Shown piece by piece: positions 46,201 to 59,920 of a DNA stretch of 64,000 nt. The notes below the pieces were generated by a model. The model was given only the letters and a program-made list of their open reading frames with translations, ran no database searches and was not told the origin of the DNA. Numbering within the stretch: position 1 is the first letter of the stretch; every line of letters starts with the position of its first letter. The position numbers were made by a program, and so were the translations under genes. Source of the stretch: Selaginella moellendorffii (lineage: Eukaryota; Plantae; Lycopodiophyta); assembly GCF_000143415.4 (NCBI RefSeq), contig NW_003314267.1:3030028-3094027 (forward strand). Direction: 5' to 3'.

Positions 46201-48053
46201 GCGAGGCATCAAACAACGGTCTGGATGGATCACAAAAATCTTGAGTACTTTGCCACTTCCCAAGTTTTGAGCCGTCATCAGGCAAGGTGGGCACAATTCC
46301 TAAGTCGATTTGACTTTGTTATCAAGTACAGACCTAGAAAGCTTCAAAGCCTTCCTGATGCTCTTTCAAGGCGCTCTTATTTTAGTCTCAAACTTGGTAA
46401 TCCTGCCTTCGATCAACAGGATCAAGTTATCCTTGGTCCTGATCAGCTTCAAGTTATGGCAATTTCCGGTGCCCGTCAGGACTCCTCCTTGATGGATGCA
46501 ATCAGAAATTATCTTTAATCCGATGACCTCGCTAGCAACATTTTTCCCCATCTTTAGGCTGGATATCCAGTGACTCCCAACTGCCGGCGATTTGATGAGT
46601 TCGAGTTCTTAGATGGCTTGTTGTACCATGGGGAGCAACTTTACGTTCCTAAAGGTGATGCTCATAGGTTGGTCCTAATGGCGTGCCACGATAGCTCGAC
46701 TACTGGTCACTCCAGCATTGTGAAAACCTATGAGCTGGTTGTATGGGACTTTTGGTGGTCTTATATGGACAACTACATCAAAGCTTTTGTTACCTCTTAT
46801 GACATTTGCGCCCAAAATAAAGTACCTCACCACCTTCCTTCAGGTTTGCTTCGTTCCCTCCTAGTCTTTTCAGGTCCTTGGGAATCCATCTCTATAGATT
46901 TCTTGAGTGATCTTCCGAGTTCTAGAGGCTTCAACAGCATTTTAGTTGTGGTGGATTGCTTCACAAAGATGGTGCACTTCTTGCCATGTACCAAGAAGTT
47001 TTTGGGCAAGGACATGGCAAAATTGGTATTTAGGGAAATTTTCCGACTTCATGGGATTCTTGCATATGTGGTTTCGGATCAAGGACCTCAGTTCATCTCT
47101 TATTTCTAGCAATGGTTCTTGCAGCTTCTTGGAGTGAAGGCCAACCTCTCTTTGGCATATCATCCTCAAACTGATGGACAGTCCAAGTGAACGATTCAGA
47201 CGTTGGAACAATTCCTGAGATGCTTCATCAACTATCATCAAGATGACTGGTTTAATATCCTTCCCCTTGCTGAGTTCTCCTATAACAACTCTGTTCACTC
47301 CTCCTTTCAAGTTTCCCCCTTCTTTGCAAACTCTTGCCGAAATCCCCAATTCAATCTCTCACTTCCTTCTTCATTTGAATCCTCTCATTCAAATTCCCGC
47401 TCTAAGGCATTTGTCTCCAACCTCCAGGAAATCCACAACTCCATCTCCTTCCACCTCCATCGTGCTCAGGAATCTCACAAAACATTTGCCAATGTCCATC
47501 GTCAGGATTGTCCCCCTTACAATATCAGGGATAAAGTCTAGCTCCTCAAGTGAAATATGTCCACCACTAGGCTATGTCCTAAACTCGATTTCAAACACCT
47601 TGGTCCTTTCCCTATCATTGCCATCATTAATCCTATCACTTATCACCTTGCACTTCCCTCCTCATATGAAATTCACCCCATTTTTCACTCCTCTCTCCTT
47701 GAGCTTTATATTCCCAGTCCTATTCCAAATCAGGTCATTCCTCTACCTCCACCAGTGCAGCTCAAGGATGGGTCGGAGTACGAGGTTCAGGACATCCTTG
47801 ATTCCAAGATCTCACGGTCTAAACTCTACTATCTGGTAGACTGAAAGGGTTACAGACCTGAGGAACGCACTTGGGAACCTATGGACAGCCTGATTCATTC
47901 TCTTGACTTTATTCAGGACTTCCATTGTCTCTATCCTTGTCATCCCAGTCCTTATTCTTTTCATTCTCCATCTCCTGTCCCTCGCTGCCCATCTCATCGT
48001 CCTCTTCGTTTTCATTCATGTCCTCGTTCCATTCGTTCTTGAAAAGGGGGTGC

Positions 48054-48414
48054 TCTCAGGAATCCCTCAATTCTTGCCACATTCCTGACTCTTGCCGGAT
48101 TCCTGACCCGCAAACCACATTCCTTACTCTCGAGACACTTCCCTATTCCTGACTCTCTGATTTCCTGTACGATTCCTGAGTCTCGAACCACATTCCTGAT
48201 GATGACATGGCACCTCCTCGACCTCAGCTATATTTAGGCCGTCCTCGATCTAAGAGTGGTGGAGCTTCACCAACCTATAGTATATATAGGTTAGCCTTGT
48301 TCCATTTCTCCACAATCTGAATCAATGTTAGTCTAAGGCCACTTATTCATTTCCACTAGCTTTTCTTTTTGTCTTCTGCATTTTCCAGTCTTGATTTTGT
48401 AGGAGGTCTTGATA
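48054..48414 (+). repeat. 3' LTR (361 bp; one copy of the 26-bp unit)
   Basis: Colinear with the 5' LTR; follows the PPT; followed by the GTTGG TSD. Confidence 0.93.
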
Positions 48415-50903
48415 GTTGGCAAGTCCAAAGTGTATACAAGATCCCTCTCGCACTGTAAAATTGTCTAAGGCTCTAGAGACAACTTAACACTGCCACCTCC
48501 TTTCAAAGACCATTGTGTATCCAATTTGTAAACAACTAAATTTTCCATTCTAGTTTAGTCACTTAACCACACCTTTGACCACTTGAAGGAATCTCACTCA
48601 CAATTTTCATAAATTTTATTCTTAACTTAGGGACATATTAACCCTATGAATGACATCTATACCATTCAGCCTTTGCACTGGGTCCAAGTGCTCCATATGT
48701 CTGATCCCATAATAAACACCTAAAGGTACCACTATTATATCAGCCAGTTATGCTAAAACTATGTCCATTCACCTTTGTCTTGGGGTAATCTAAGACCACC
48801 CATACCATATGCATGAGATATCTAATCTCCTCTAAGAAAAACTTACACTTAGATAACTTTGAGTAGAGTTTGTTGTCCCTCAAAAGTTACAAAACACTTC
48901 ACACATACATCTCATGTTCCTCCATTGAAGAACTAAACATTAGGATATCATCAAAATAATCAATTGCAAACTTTCCTAGATAAAGCTATAAAATCTAATT
49001 CATCAATCTTTGAAAAGTTGTAGGAGCATTTGTTAAATTAAATGGCATCACCAAAAACTTGTAATGATCTATCCTTATCAAAAATGCAATTTTTGGAACA
49101 TCCTCCAGCTTGATACAAATCTAATGATACTCTTGCCTTAAATTAATCTTTAAAAAATATTGAGCACTATGGAGCAAATCATTAATACAAGGGATTGGGA
49201 ATATATTCTTCATAGTCCTATCATTCAATCCTTTGTAGTTTATGCAAAGATGGTATATGCCATTTTTCTTCTTGACCATCACTACTAAAGCAACCTAAGG
49301 AGACTTGTTGATCTATAACCACTTTTTCCGAAGGTACTTAGCAAGTTGTTTATTAATCTCCTCATCTTTAGTGGGACTAGTACAAGTCAGTTGTCACTGA
49401 TAAAGAGTAGCTCTAGGAACCAAGTTAATCTTATGTTGAATTTCACGTTCAAGAAGCAAACTATTAGACAACTCATCTAGAAATACATCATAGAACTCCT
49501 CCTGAATGGAATCCATCCAAGCCCCATGCCCATGAATGTACTCCAAATCAGATATAATCATATTAGAAAGAAACAAGTACACCACAAAAGAGCTAGTTAT
49601 CTCATATATGCAAATCACCAACTCTAAAGTGTTAATCAATGGAGTATCACTATTGTCCATCCTAACAATCTCTTTCACAGTGCCACCAACTTCAATATGC
49701 AGAACATTATGCTCCTAATTGATCCCTAGCTTTCTGTCATAAAATCATTCTTTCCTAAGAATAATATTTGTGTGACCAATATCCATAACTTGGAACAAAG
49801 GATGGTTAAGAATCCTTTGAATTGTCAAAAGAACACTCAGAGCCCATTCACGAGTGTTACATCCATCTACTATAACCCTAAACCTTGTGACAACAAAAAC
49901 AATTACCCTCCATCTTGTCCTTCTCATGTTGATCTAAATGAGTTTCTTTAGCCTCATGATCATTTCCACTCTTTGAGCCATGATGGAACAATGGCTGTTT
50001 CTTCCCCAATATAAAGCATTGGCAAGTTGGTCATCATGTTGATAGAGTTGATCAAGTTGATTGATAATTTGGGCGAAAAGATCTGAGCCTTAATGATAGC
50101 ATTAATCAATGTTGCAAGAAAATCCTTCTTGACCTTTTACTACACACCCATTAAATTTAGACTTTTGATAAAACATTGCACCTTTAGTAGTTTATGATAA
50201 ATGTCTGTGAGACTAAGGCAAAGGTCATGGGTATATGCATTTAAAGACAAAGTCCTTTACTAAATCTCTAGCAACTAATTCATAAAATTAACTTTTTCAA
50301 ACTTCTTGATAAATGAAGCATGGAAAACCTTTATTAAATCACTCCAAGAAGTTGACTTTTAACTATTTATGGAAAGTGTCCAAATTTACTAATTGGGCAT
50401 ATCTATGGAATGTAAAGATTATCCTGAATATAATGGTATTGGATTAGCTTTGATAGAGTTCTTCCACCATGAAGAAGTATGGCTTGTAAGCTTCGTCACA
50501 AAAAAAAACTTTATCCTCACAAAGATTATGAGACCAATAACTTTCCCACAATTCCAACCAAGAATCAACTTCTTAACTATCACAAACATTTAGTAATGAT
50601 TTTCATTCCATGATACCATAATCCTTGGTATAATTGATATACCAATGGTAATCATGGATATTAGATTAATTCAACCCTTAAAGGTCCATGCAAAGTAAAA
50701 AATCCTTAATGAAATTGTTAGAATCTTTAACCTTTTTAATAACCTCAGAAATTTGGCATCCTTGCCACACAACAACATCATCAAGAGTCTCTTCTTCATC
50801 GTCATGGCATCAAGATCAATATTCTGCTCATCTACCATCCCCAAAAGAACATGCTAATGAAATAAACAAGGAGTCCTTAAATCCCACAGGCCAGAGAATA
50901 TTC

Positions 50904-51510
50904 CTGTAGTTTGTGTCAGTGCACAAACTAAAAGGTCCACACACTCCATGGATTCGGCACTTGAGAAGCATTGCCTTCCAAGAGGAGTTATCTGTCATCC
51001 AGTAGCTTGCTGAATCTTTCAACTCAAGAGCAGCCAAGAATATGAGCTGTGTTGAAACATCAGTCATTTCAAACTCTGTCTCCCAGATATCAAAGCTTGC
51101 CTGCTTTTGAAAACTTGATCTTGGAGCTATGTATCAGTCAGGAGGTCAAAACTTTGCCATGAAACTGAATTGTTGCTGTGTTTGAGCACAAGATTTTCAT
51201 CATCTTGCATGTCCAGTCTCACACCAGCTACTGCAACTCACGATGACTTGAGCCACCCCATTATGCAACACAAACAATCCTTGGGCTTCATTAAGCACAA
51301 GTTGGGCGAGCAGTGGCAGTCCAGATAATTGTCTCAACGAAGTGTCTCAACTGATTCCTACATTCAACTTACCAGGAGCTCCAGTGTCATTGAGGGAACC
51401 AAACCCAAAGGTCGTCCCTGGCGAGATCAGGATTTGAGAGTGCTGCCTGTTTGAATGCTTCTGCCCATTTCAATTTCGCTCGTTAGAACTGCCGCTCGCA
51501 GTATCAACAT
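50904..51510 (-). pseudogene. G-type lectin S-receptor-like kinase, 5' half (B-lectin/S-locus/EGF)
   Basis: ISPGTTFGFG-like B-lectin start; KCRIHGVCGPFSLC EGF-like motif. Confidence 0.65.
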
Positions 51511-51710
51511 GAAAGGCGACATTACAGAATGCCATGCGGTCACGCAAATTGTACAATAGAAGATGTTTTGAAAAGGTCCTCTCCCCTGTCCAGTCAAAAA
51601 GCTTGCTTCTTGTCTTTTTACAAGACGTCTATATCTTGACTTGAGATTCTTAGATCACAACTGGTTTGGGAGATACTTGCTTGTAGATAACAATTCTATA
51701 TGAGACTAGT

Positions 51711-54700
51711 TGTCAAGGTTGAAGCCTCTTTCTAGGACTCCCATCAAGAGCCAATATATAACGGAAAAGGAAAATGTACAGCAAGAATAGCCATAGCCAT
51801 AAAGAAGTAAAATAAACACAACCTACCTTTACCTCCTTAACCAACTTCTTATATAGTCAGCTCATAACATCACCCTTCTTGTTGAACACTCTGTGGTTGT
51901 ATGGTTGGTAGTCCCCTAAAGGCTTCACTAAGGTTCTCCAGTTCTTGTTCTATGATCCAAGTATCATTGTACGAGGACTTTCCAGCCCACCGAATGTGGA
52001 TACAGTCTTGTTTCGCAGCACTCAATTGTCCCGGTCCATGACCCTGTCTAGGCAGAGCAACACTCTGTCGCCAGTGGCCAGTGGCGGAGCTAGAATCTCG
52101 AGCTGAGGTGGGAGCGGACCCTTGTGAGCTTTAAGCTTAGATACATGCAGCACATTATGGAGACGGGACCCAAGCGGGAGGCACAACTTATAGACCACTT
52201 TGTTGATCTTTTCTTCAATTCTGTATGGACCAAAGAAGCGAAGGTGTAATTTCGATCGAGAGAGTGCCTTGCTCCCCAACGTGTGGCACTCAGGTCTGAA
52301 CCTTACATACACCCAATCCCCAACCTCAAATTCTCTGAATGTCTGATAGTTATCCACAATCCTTGTCTGGGCTGCTTCTAAGCATTGGTGCACCATAAAA
52401 ATGCACTGCCTGTATTGCTTTGAGGTGATCATCAACTGCTGGGGAGGCTGAAGGTCAGATGTTGAAAGCCCTGGGACAACTTTGACATAAAGTGCCACAT
52501 ACGGAGCCATGCCTATGTGTTGTATTATAAGGATACTCCACATGTGGAAGCCATCACAACCATGACGCTGGTTTATCCATGCAGAAAGCTTGCAGCAGTG
52601 TCTCCAAAGTCTGGTTGGTGTGCTCAGTTTGCCCATCAAACTCTGGATGAATAGCACTGCTGAAATTGAGTTTTCTTCCCAACGTTTTAAAAAGGCTTCT
52701 CCAAAAATTGCAACTTGGGGTCTTTGTTAGAGATGATGTCATGTGTAATGCTGTGGAAACATATAATCTGAGAGAAAAAAGCCTCGGCCACCTAGTCAGC
52801 TGAGAACATTGATGCCACTAGAATAAATCTTGCCACCTTGGTAAAACGATGAACAACCACTAAGATTGCATCCTTGGTTTGGATTGAAGGGAGTCCCACA
52901 ATGAAGTCCATGCTGATACTCACAAATGGGTGTCCTTTTGGGTGTCACAAATGGGTGGCAATGGAGATAACAGGCCTGGAGGGGCACTTGTCTCTGCCTT
53001 GATGCGCTGGCAAAGAAGACACTCCAAAATCCAGGTCCCGCTGCATCCCTGTCCAGTGCCTCTGAATTGCTGTTGTTGTCCCAGCCACACCAGGATGGCC
53101 TGTAAGACCTCCGTCATGGCATTCCTTGAATACCTGTTTCCAAAAATCTCTCTTGCTGCTCACCATAAAAGGCCATCATCAAGGGTATACCTTGTATGAA
53201 GGAAGTTTGCCTGTGTTCTGAAGTTGTGAAGCACCATCTTCAAGGCCTCATCCTGCTCGTATTCTTCCCATATCTTCTGGACATAAACACCCTCCCATGC
53301 CAAGAGCAAAGGGAATGTCAATGATGTTGGCTTCTCAAACTTCCTGGATAGTGTGTCTGGAAGGATATTTGAGAGCCCAGGTTTAAACTCAATAGTAAAG
53401 TCCAGTGCTTGGAGTTATTCCACCCAACGACATTGCATTTTGTTGAGTTGTGCCTGATCAAGAATAAACTTGATATTGAAATGGCCTATCCTGAGGATAA
53501 ATCTGGATGAAGTCACGTAATGACTCCATTTGCCCACAGCATGCATGACGGCGAGCATTTATTATTTGTACACAAGTTGGCATGCTTCAATCTCTATAAA
53601 TCAACGGCTTTCTATCAGATGCTCACCTTGTTTTAGTATGGCTCCCCACTCCTGCATTGGATACATCTGTCTCAACTATAAAGTCCTGTTAAAAATCCAG
53701 TAGATATAATAGTGAGGTAGACTCAACTTGCTTGAAAGAAAAATGAGTATTCAGAATCCCAAAAAGCATAAAATGTCAGTTAGTGGAGCAGCAATTGAAT
53801 CATAATTTTCAACAAACTTATGCAAGTAGTTACATAATCCTAGGAATGAGTGAAGTTGATTTGTCATCGGGGTTGTGGCCAATAAAAAATGGCCTGTCGC
53901 TTTGCTAGATCAGCTCATGTTTGCCCCCCTACAATGATGAATCCCAGGTATGCAATTTCTAGGATTCTGAAAGAGCATTTTGTCAACTGACAACCAAGAA
54001 AAATTCATCAAGGACCTCTAGAGCTCTTTCCAAATGGAGGAGATGCTCCTCCCAAGAATTTCTATACACAAAGATATCATAAAAAAACACTATGACAAAC
54101 CAGAAGAAAAAAGAACCAAAGATCATATTCATCATTGCTTGAAAAGTTAGTGAGGCCAAAGGGCATCACTTTAAATTGACTTGAAAGCTCTCTTGTAATG
54201 ATCCTCCTCTGCAACAGTGATTTGGTAGTACCCAGAATGGAGATCCAACTTAGAAAAGTAACGTGCACTTCCTAGTTCATTGAAAAGATCCTTGATCGTG
54301 AACTTGTTTAGTTGATGGTAGTCAATGCAAAGCCACCACAAACCATTCTTATTTAGGACAAGGAGAACTAGATCTAGCTTGCACTATCCTCAATTAGACT
54401 TTGCATTAACAGCTCCTGAACCATCTTGCCCACTCTTCCCTATTAAGCTGAACAAAGGCTCTTGTGGATGATGGTGCTCTTTGCTTCAAGGTGATAAGAT
54501 GTCAAATCCGGCCTTTTGGATCACCGCTTTCTTCATTGTCTTCTTCTGATCCCATCCGCCATCTGTCCCTTGTAGTACTGTGATGTTCCATTTGCCCTCC
54601 AGCAAGCATAAAGCTGGGTGATACCCCACCATTTCTGCTCCTTTTGCCATGAGACACAAGCACTGAGCTGCTGAAATTGTTGTAGTTGCGGACAAGGTTG

Positions 54701-55340
54701 TAATCTGATCCATGTATACGTGATTCCATCTTGCACAAAAAACTTTTGCTGTGTTTGAAAGTTGATAGAGATATCCCCGAACTGCACAAGAAAATCCACG
54801 CCAAGGACCACATCGATGGCCCCCATCTCAAAAACATGGAAAGTCCTTGAAAAACTATAGCCTTTGATATCTATCATGCACCTCACGCTGGAATTACCTA
54901 CCATCAAGGGAGACTCCAAGTCTTGTGATTAGAGTTACAACTTTTGCAACACTCGTTTGTTGATAAAAGTGTGAGATGCCCTTGAGTCCACCACAAAGAA
55001 TGCTGTCCTGTTTCCCACCTTTCCCTTGACTTTTAGGCAATAAGGTCCTGACTTGGGAATGAATGTGTCAAGGGCGTTTTTGAGCTTCTTGGCTCTTGTT
55101 CTGTCAGATCAGACTCTGATAGGGACACTTCTAGAATGTAGAATGTTCAATCAAGATCTAATTCATCATATTGTCAGGGATAAACTTCACCATCTCCTTC
55201 TTGTGCCATATTCAAAATACTATCCTTCCTTAAGGTCATTTTGACAATGTTGCTTCTCCACTATATAATTCTATTTGGTTGATGGCTGGAACTTTGTAAT
55301 ACTGGTAAAAGGTTTTGGGTCAAAATGGGGCTTTCTTTTA
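51711..55340 (-). mobile_element. Decayed Gypsy (likely chromovirus) with one short LTR (51711-51869)
   Basis: TG...CA LTR next to a PPT; protease (VDSRASHTFI, DVVLGVDFL), RT ([10 protein letters not shown]), integrase (ECHDGGLTGHPG, HPEFDGQTEHTN, GPYRIEEKI, HNVLHVSKLK). Confidence 0.85.
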
Positions 55341-55342
55341 TT

Positions 55343-56795
55343 TGTCAAGGTGTAAGTGATTAAATTTTCCATTCTACTTTAATAATTTAATTATATGTTT
55401 GACCATTTGGAAGTGTCTCATTGACAACCTTTACAAGTCCTCATCCCAATTTAAGGATTTGTTAACCCCTTGATGTAACCTCAAAGCCACATCAACTTTA
55501 CACTTGGTTTAAGTGCTTTATATGTCCAGTCCTACTTCAGACACCTAAAGGTGTTATCAACATATTAACCTTTTATGCTAAAATTATATCCATTTTCATT
55601 ATCTCATTAGTAGTCTCAAACCATCTATACCACAGTAAAATTGGGCTATCCATCCATGAGTGATCATTTTATTTATAACCACATTTTAGCATCTTGAAAA
55701 TACTCTAAAATATGGGAACATTATCTTGTAATATCCTTTCTTAGATCCCTATCAAGTCCCTCTTCATCTAGGGTAGTGTTTGTTAATACCACCATTAGTT
55801 CAAAGTTGAATCCCTACGAAGTCCCACTAATTTTTAAGACTGCCTCACCACATAGTTATACCCTTAGTTACTAAGTAAAAGACCACTTCTTTTCTTTCCC
55901 ACAGTTAAAGATTTTGGGATGATATTTTGAAACACCATAACCCACTTTCCACCACTAAAGTGCCAAATCCATATAGCTAGAGCAAGGTTTCAATAAGCCA
56001 TACATATTTAAGTAAATAGTGCCACCCACACTTGGATTAGGAGTATTGACAATTCAATCTTTTGAAAGAGCTAAAGCCAATTCTTAAATACTTCATTAAA
56101 TTATTCCATTTATCCATTTATATTCACTTTAGTTTTAGACTCCCCAATGTTATATCATCACCCACCATATGGGTATAATCTTCTTTGGTCACACTAACCT
56201 TTTCTAACCACATTAATTCCTCTAGAGTCCTTTATCCTATAGTGACTTACCAAATCCCTTAGGGTTTGGGAGATGATTGTTTTGGGCTTTCACTCTCGGA
56301 TTTGGACTCAAATTCAGACTCATACTCAAACTCGGACTTGGACTTGGACTTGAACTTAGACTCAGACTTGGACTTAGACTCAGACTCCATCTACGTCTCA
56401 GTTCTAGTCTCAATTCAGTCTCTTTGGTCTTGGTTTCAATTTCAATCTTGAGCTTGGACTTGGTCTTAGATTCAATCTTGAACTCAAACTAGAACTTGGT
56501 TTTGGTTTTGGTTTTGGTTTTGGTCTTGAACTCGGTTTTGGAGTCAACTTCCACCTTCCACATGTTATAACACTTGCTATATATCAATATTTTTTTATCC
56601 TTTTTTAAGGACTCATTTATTGATCATTTCATGCTCATTCCTCAAGCACTTCTTTGGGAGTTTCACTCTCACTCTTGATTTTTTGAGTTAGAGCTTTTGG
56701 TTCAAATATGTTACATTGGTTAGACTTTTGTTTAGACCACTACTATATAACACACTTATGACTCCACTTTGGGATTTAGGGATTTATATATTACA
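55343..56795 (-). mobile_element. Decayed LTR-element copy (LTR-like 56563-56795, hexamer array, internal region)
   Basis: Inverted homolog of 61726-63165; TG...CA termini of the 233-bp LTR-like segment. Confidence 0.55.
56295..56545. repeat. Degenerate hexamer tandem array (GACTCR/GGTCTY)
   Basis: ggactcaaattcagactc...ttggtcttg; same type at 59665-59920 and, inverted, 62028-62170. Confidence 0.8.
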
Positions 56796-58796
56796 AATCC
56801 ACCATCTATAAACAAAGTTCGATGTCTTTATCAAATGATGACTTAATTTCTAAAATGATTTTATCATGGATTACCATTGCACTAAGCCACTATTTGCCAA
56901 TGGTTTACCACCAAAGGTTCATCATGTCTTACATCTCTATTAAGAAGTATGGACCCTCCAACTTAGAGTCTCATTGAATAATTCGTATTGGTTTTTTCAC
57001 TTTACTAGTTTAGATCTTGTTAAACCCACTAGAGATACTTTTTCTATCTCAATTTTACTATTTACTTTAAAGTATTCTCAAAGGATCATCCTTAAGAACT
57101 TTAATATTGACTTCTTGTGTCAATTTTCTAAATGTCTTTGACATCTTTTATTACATATCCTTATTATGCAAACTTTATTTCCCCATCCTATGGAGTTCTT
57201 TACTTGAGGACACCATCATCTCTTTTTTATCTTGTACTAACTTAGTTACTAAGTTTCACTTACTTATAATTTATATTTAAAATTCTTAGGCCTTACTATT
57301 TGGCTATATTGCCACTCCATCTTTTAAAGTTTTCACCTTTTACCAAATTAGAGCATTTAGACATCCCTTGGAAATCTATTGTTTTTCCTATAATCTATTA
57401 AAATTTATCTTATGATAGTTTCTCAATGAATTTATCATTTCGATTTAATCTAACAATTTTTAAAGCCTAGTTTTGACCACTAACCTTTTGCTCCTATCTT
57501 ATAATTGTTGTATCAAAAAACATAAAATTGCTACATTTGTCCTTAGAGTATACTTTTTGTTTCATAACAAAGGCTCTCTTTGTCAAGTTTAAAGAATGCT
57601 CACCCTTAGTAAGTTTTATCAGCATTTTTTGTTGTGGGCACTTCTATGGTCTCATCTTGTGACCCTTATATGAGTCCTTCTTTATAGACTACTTTTTTAG
57701 ACTTACAATACCATTGTATTGTCATGGATCATTTCACCTTAGTCTTTCCCATTTCATCACCATGACCAATCACACCATTACCAATAGTTCAAATCATTAC
57801 TTTGAACTTAAAACGTGGTTCCTTATCTTAGCAAAGAGTTTGTTTTTAATTATCTATAAAATAACTTAATGATCCCATATAGACATTTCAATAGGTTTAT
57901 CAATAAGTACTAGGTCTACTCGACCCTTATTATGACCTCACGAACATCCACCACACTTAGCCAAGAGTTTATAGCAACTAAGATTAAGTGTTCCTATTCT
58001 ATTCATTATATCCTCAGTGCCACTTGCACTAGAGTATTCAAGTTAGATCTACTAAGCTTCCACAACAAAGGCCTTAACTATGAATTATGACTCCGGAGCA
58101 TCCCCCACTTAATAGAGTGCTCAAACCAACCTCTTTACTAAGAGTTCATGACCATTGATAAATGACATTATGCTCTAGTACCTTTCAAACACTAAGGGTT
58201 AGACTTTAACTTAATCTTTGCATATGCATTTATGGATGGTATCACATAAGATGCTTGGTGTGATTCCCTATATCAATGTACTAAATTGTAAGCCATAAAT
58301 TTTTCCTTTCCAATTTGTTAGCTTACCTCATTTATCCAACCACCATGGCTTTGGTCTTAATTAAGTTCCCTTGCCAAGGTTCCCGTTTATTATACAAACT
58401 CCTACTTGGTCTTATTTAATTTTAACAACTCACTGCATGAGCAATAGAGTGTTAATCATTCATTTGCGGATTCCTAAATTCTCTTTTAATCCCCCTCCTC
58501 GAATTAAACTAGACTTAAGGTTTGGCTACACTCCCCACAAACACAAGCAACCAAGCACACCAAACCTCTAAGTTTTTAACATCCCTTAGTACAACAAAAC
58601 TTGATCATAGGACCTTCTAAATTCCAAGCCTTAAATGCAACACTTACTTCAAAGGAAACACCATGGCCTAACAGCCCGATATAGGTATTTTTACTCCCCC
58701 ACTTCCATCTCAAAAGGAAGGCCTAAGCCCCTAGGAAGGGGCGAGGACAAATGAACTGCAAGGTACTCAAGTGGGGCATTATTATATATGAGCTAG

Positions 58797-59386
58797 TATC
58801 GTGAATATGATTGCGGGTATCAAAAGTTAGCTGTCGGCTAGTCCAAATAGTGCAGATTAATTAATGGCTATTTAAAATATAATATACCCTTAAGCAAGGT
58901 ATATTCCTACCCCTAAATTTGAAATTGTGCATATTGGGCATTCATGCATATGTCCTTCCTCTTGTGTGGAGTATCCACGGAGGAAGGTATCTACCGTAGG
59001 AGTGTGGTACGAGTGGATGATTAGTTGCCTCACATGGAATAGCTAGTCTACACAATAAAAGGATTGGTAAATTTAGTGCAGAAATAGAGGTGTTGGTTCC
59101 CCTTGGCTCAGTAGGGGTTGTTAGTCAATAGTCAATAAGGACATTAATTAACATCTCTGAAGGGGGGGGTGAAGGGGGGGGTGAGTGTAGCGCATGTGAT
59201 CATGGGATGAAATTTGGATATATTATCACCGTGAATCCTTAGAACCTTGGGGGATAAATAAGGATAAAATAGCCACTAAGGGCTTTTTCATCAAGCAATT
59301 GCCCCTTTTTCAGTTGGCTTAAGGGGAGAGAAATACATGGACTAGCTAACAGGTAACTTTCGATACCCACATTCACATTCGTGATA
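58797..59386. mobile_element. 590-bp element with 48-bp TIRs and 5-bp TSD
   Basis: TIRs 58797-58844 and 59339-59386 (39/48 match); GCTAG on both flanks; lone TIR copy at 61128-61175. Confidence 0.75.
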
Positions 59387-59664
59387 GCTAGGAGCACTGT
59401 AGTCAGTTTTCTTTCTGGGAGTGGGAGCTACTCTTGAGCACTTCCTTGGGTGGCCCTTTCGGCACCGCTCGAGTCCATGCTCACTCCCATCTAAGGCCTC
59501 TAAGCCCTAATCTCAACCTCAAGTCAGTTTGGAAGCACCTCTAAAGAGTTCTTTCAAGACTGGTTCCTAGACCTCACTATCCCTATTATATTTTTGGAAC
59601 CCCCTGCAGTCCCCCCGCCCCCAGGAGACACATGCTTTAGGCTTTTACCCCACGACCTGTATTA

Positions 59665-59920
59665 GTATTTGGACTCGATTTTGGACTCAATTTCAGACTC
59701 GATTTTGAACCTAACCTCAGACCCAACCTCAGACTCTATTTTGGACTCGATCGCAGACTCGGTCTTGGACCCGATCTTGGATTTCGAACTCAGTCTCAAA
59801 CTCGGTTTCACACTCGGTCTCGGAATTGGTCTTGAACTCGGTTTCGGAGTCAGTCTCAGACTCGATCTTGGATTTGGTTTTAGAGTCAGTCTCGGACTCG
59901 ATCCCGGTCTCGGTCTCATC
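59665..59920. repeat. Degenerate hexamer tandem array
   Basis: ttggactcgattttggactc...ggtctcggtctc. Confidence 0.8.

Larger units (their letters stand above)
42823..48414 (+). mobile_element. Full-length, mutated chromovirus LTR retrotransposon (Tcn1/Tf1-sushi-like)
   Basis: LTRs 42823-43230 and 48054-48414; TSD GTTGG on both sides; PPT gaaaaggggg at 48041; gag CLYC..H; protease LLDSGA; RT YLDD; RNase H; integrase; chromodomain EYEVQDILDSK..YYLVD*KGY..TWEP; many stops. Confidence 0.95.
42305..50897 (-). mobile_element. Outer decayed Gypsy element (3' LTR ~42305-42528, PPT ~42532-42543), interrupted by 42823-48414
   Basis: RT remnants 48850-49450; gag 49900-50720 resembles 1500-2060; integrase tail YTLDLP|TSSKTHPMFHISKF rejoins in frame across the inner insertion. 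Ends approximate. Confidence 0.7.
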
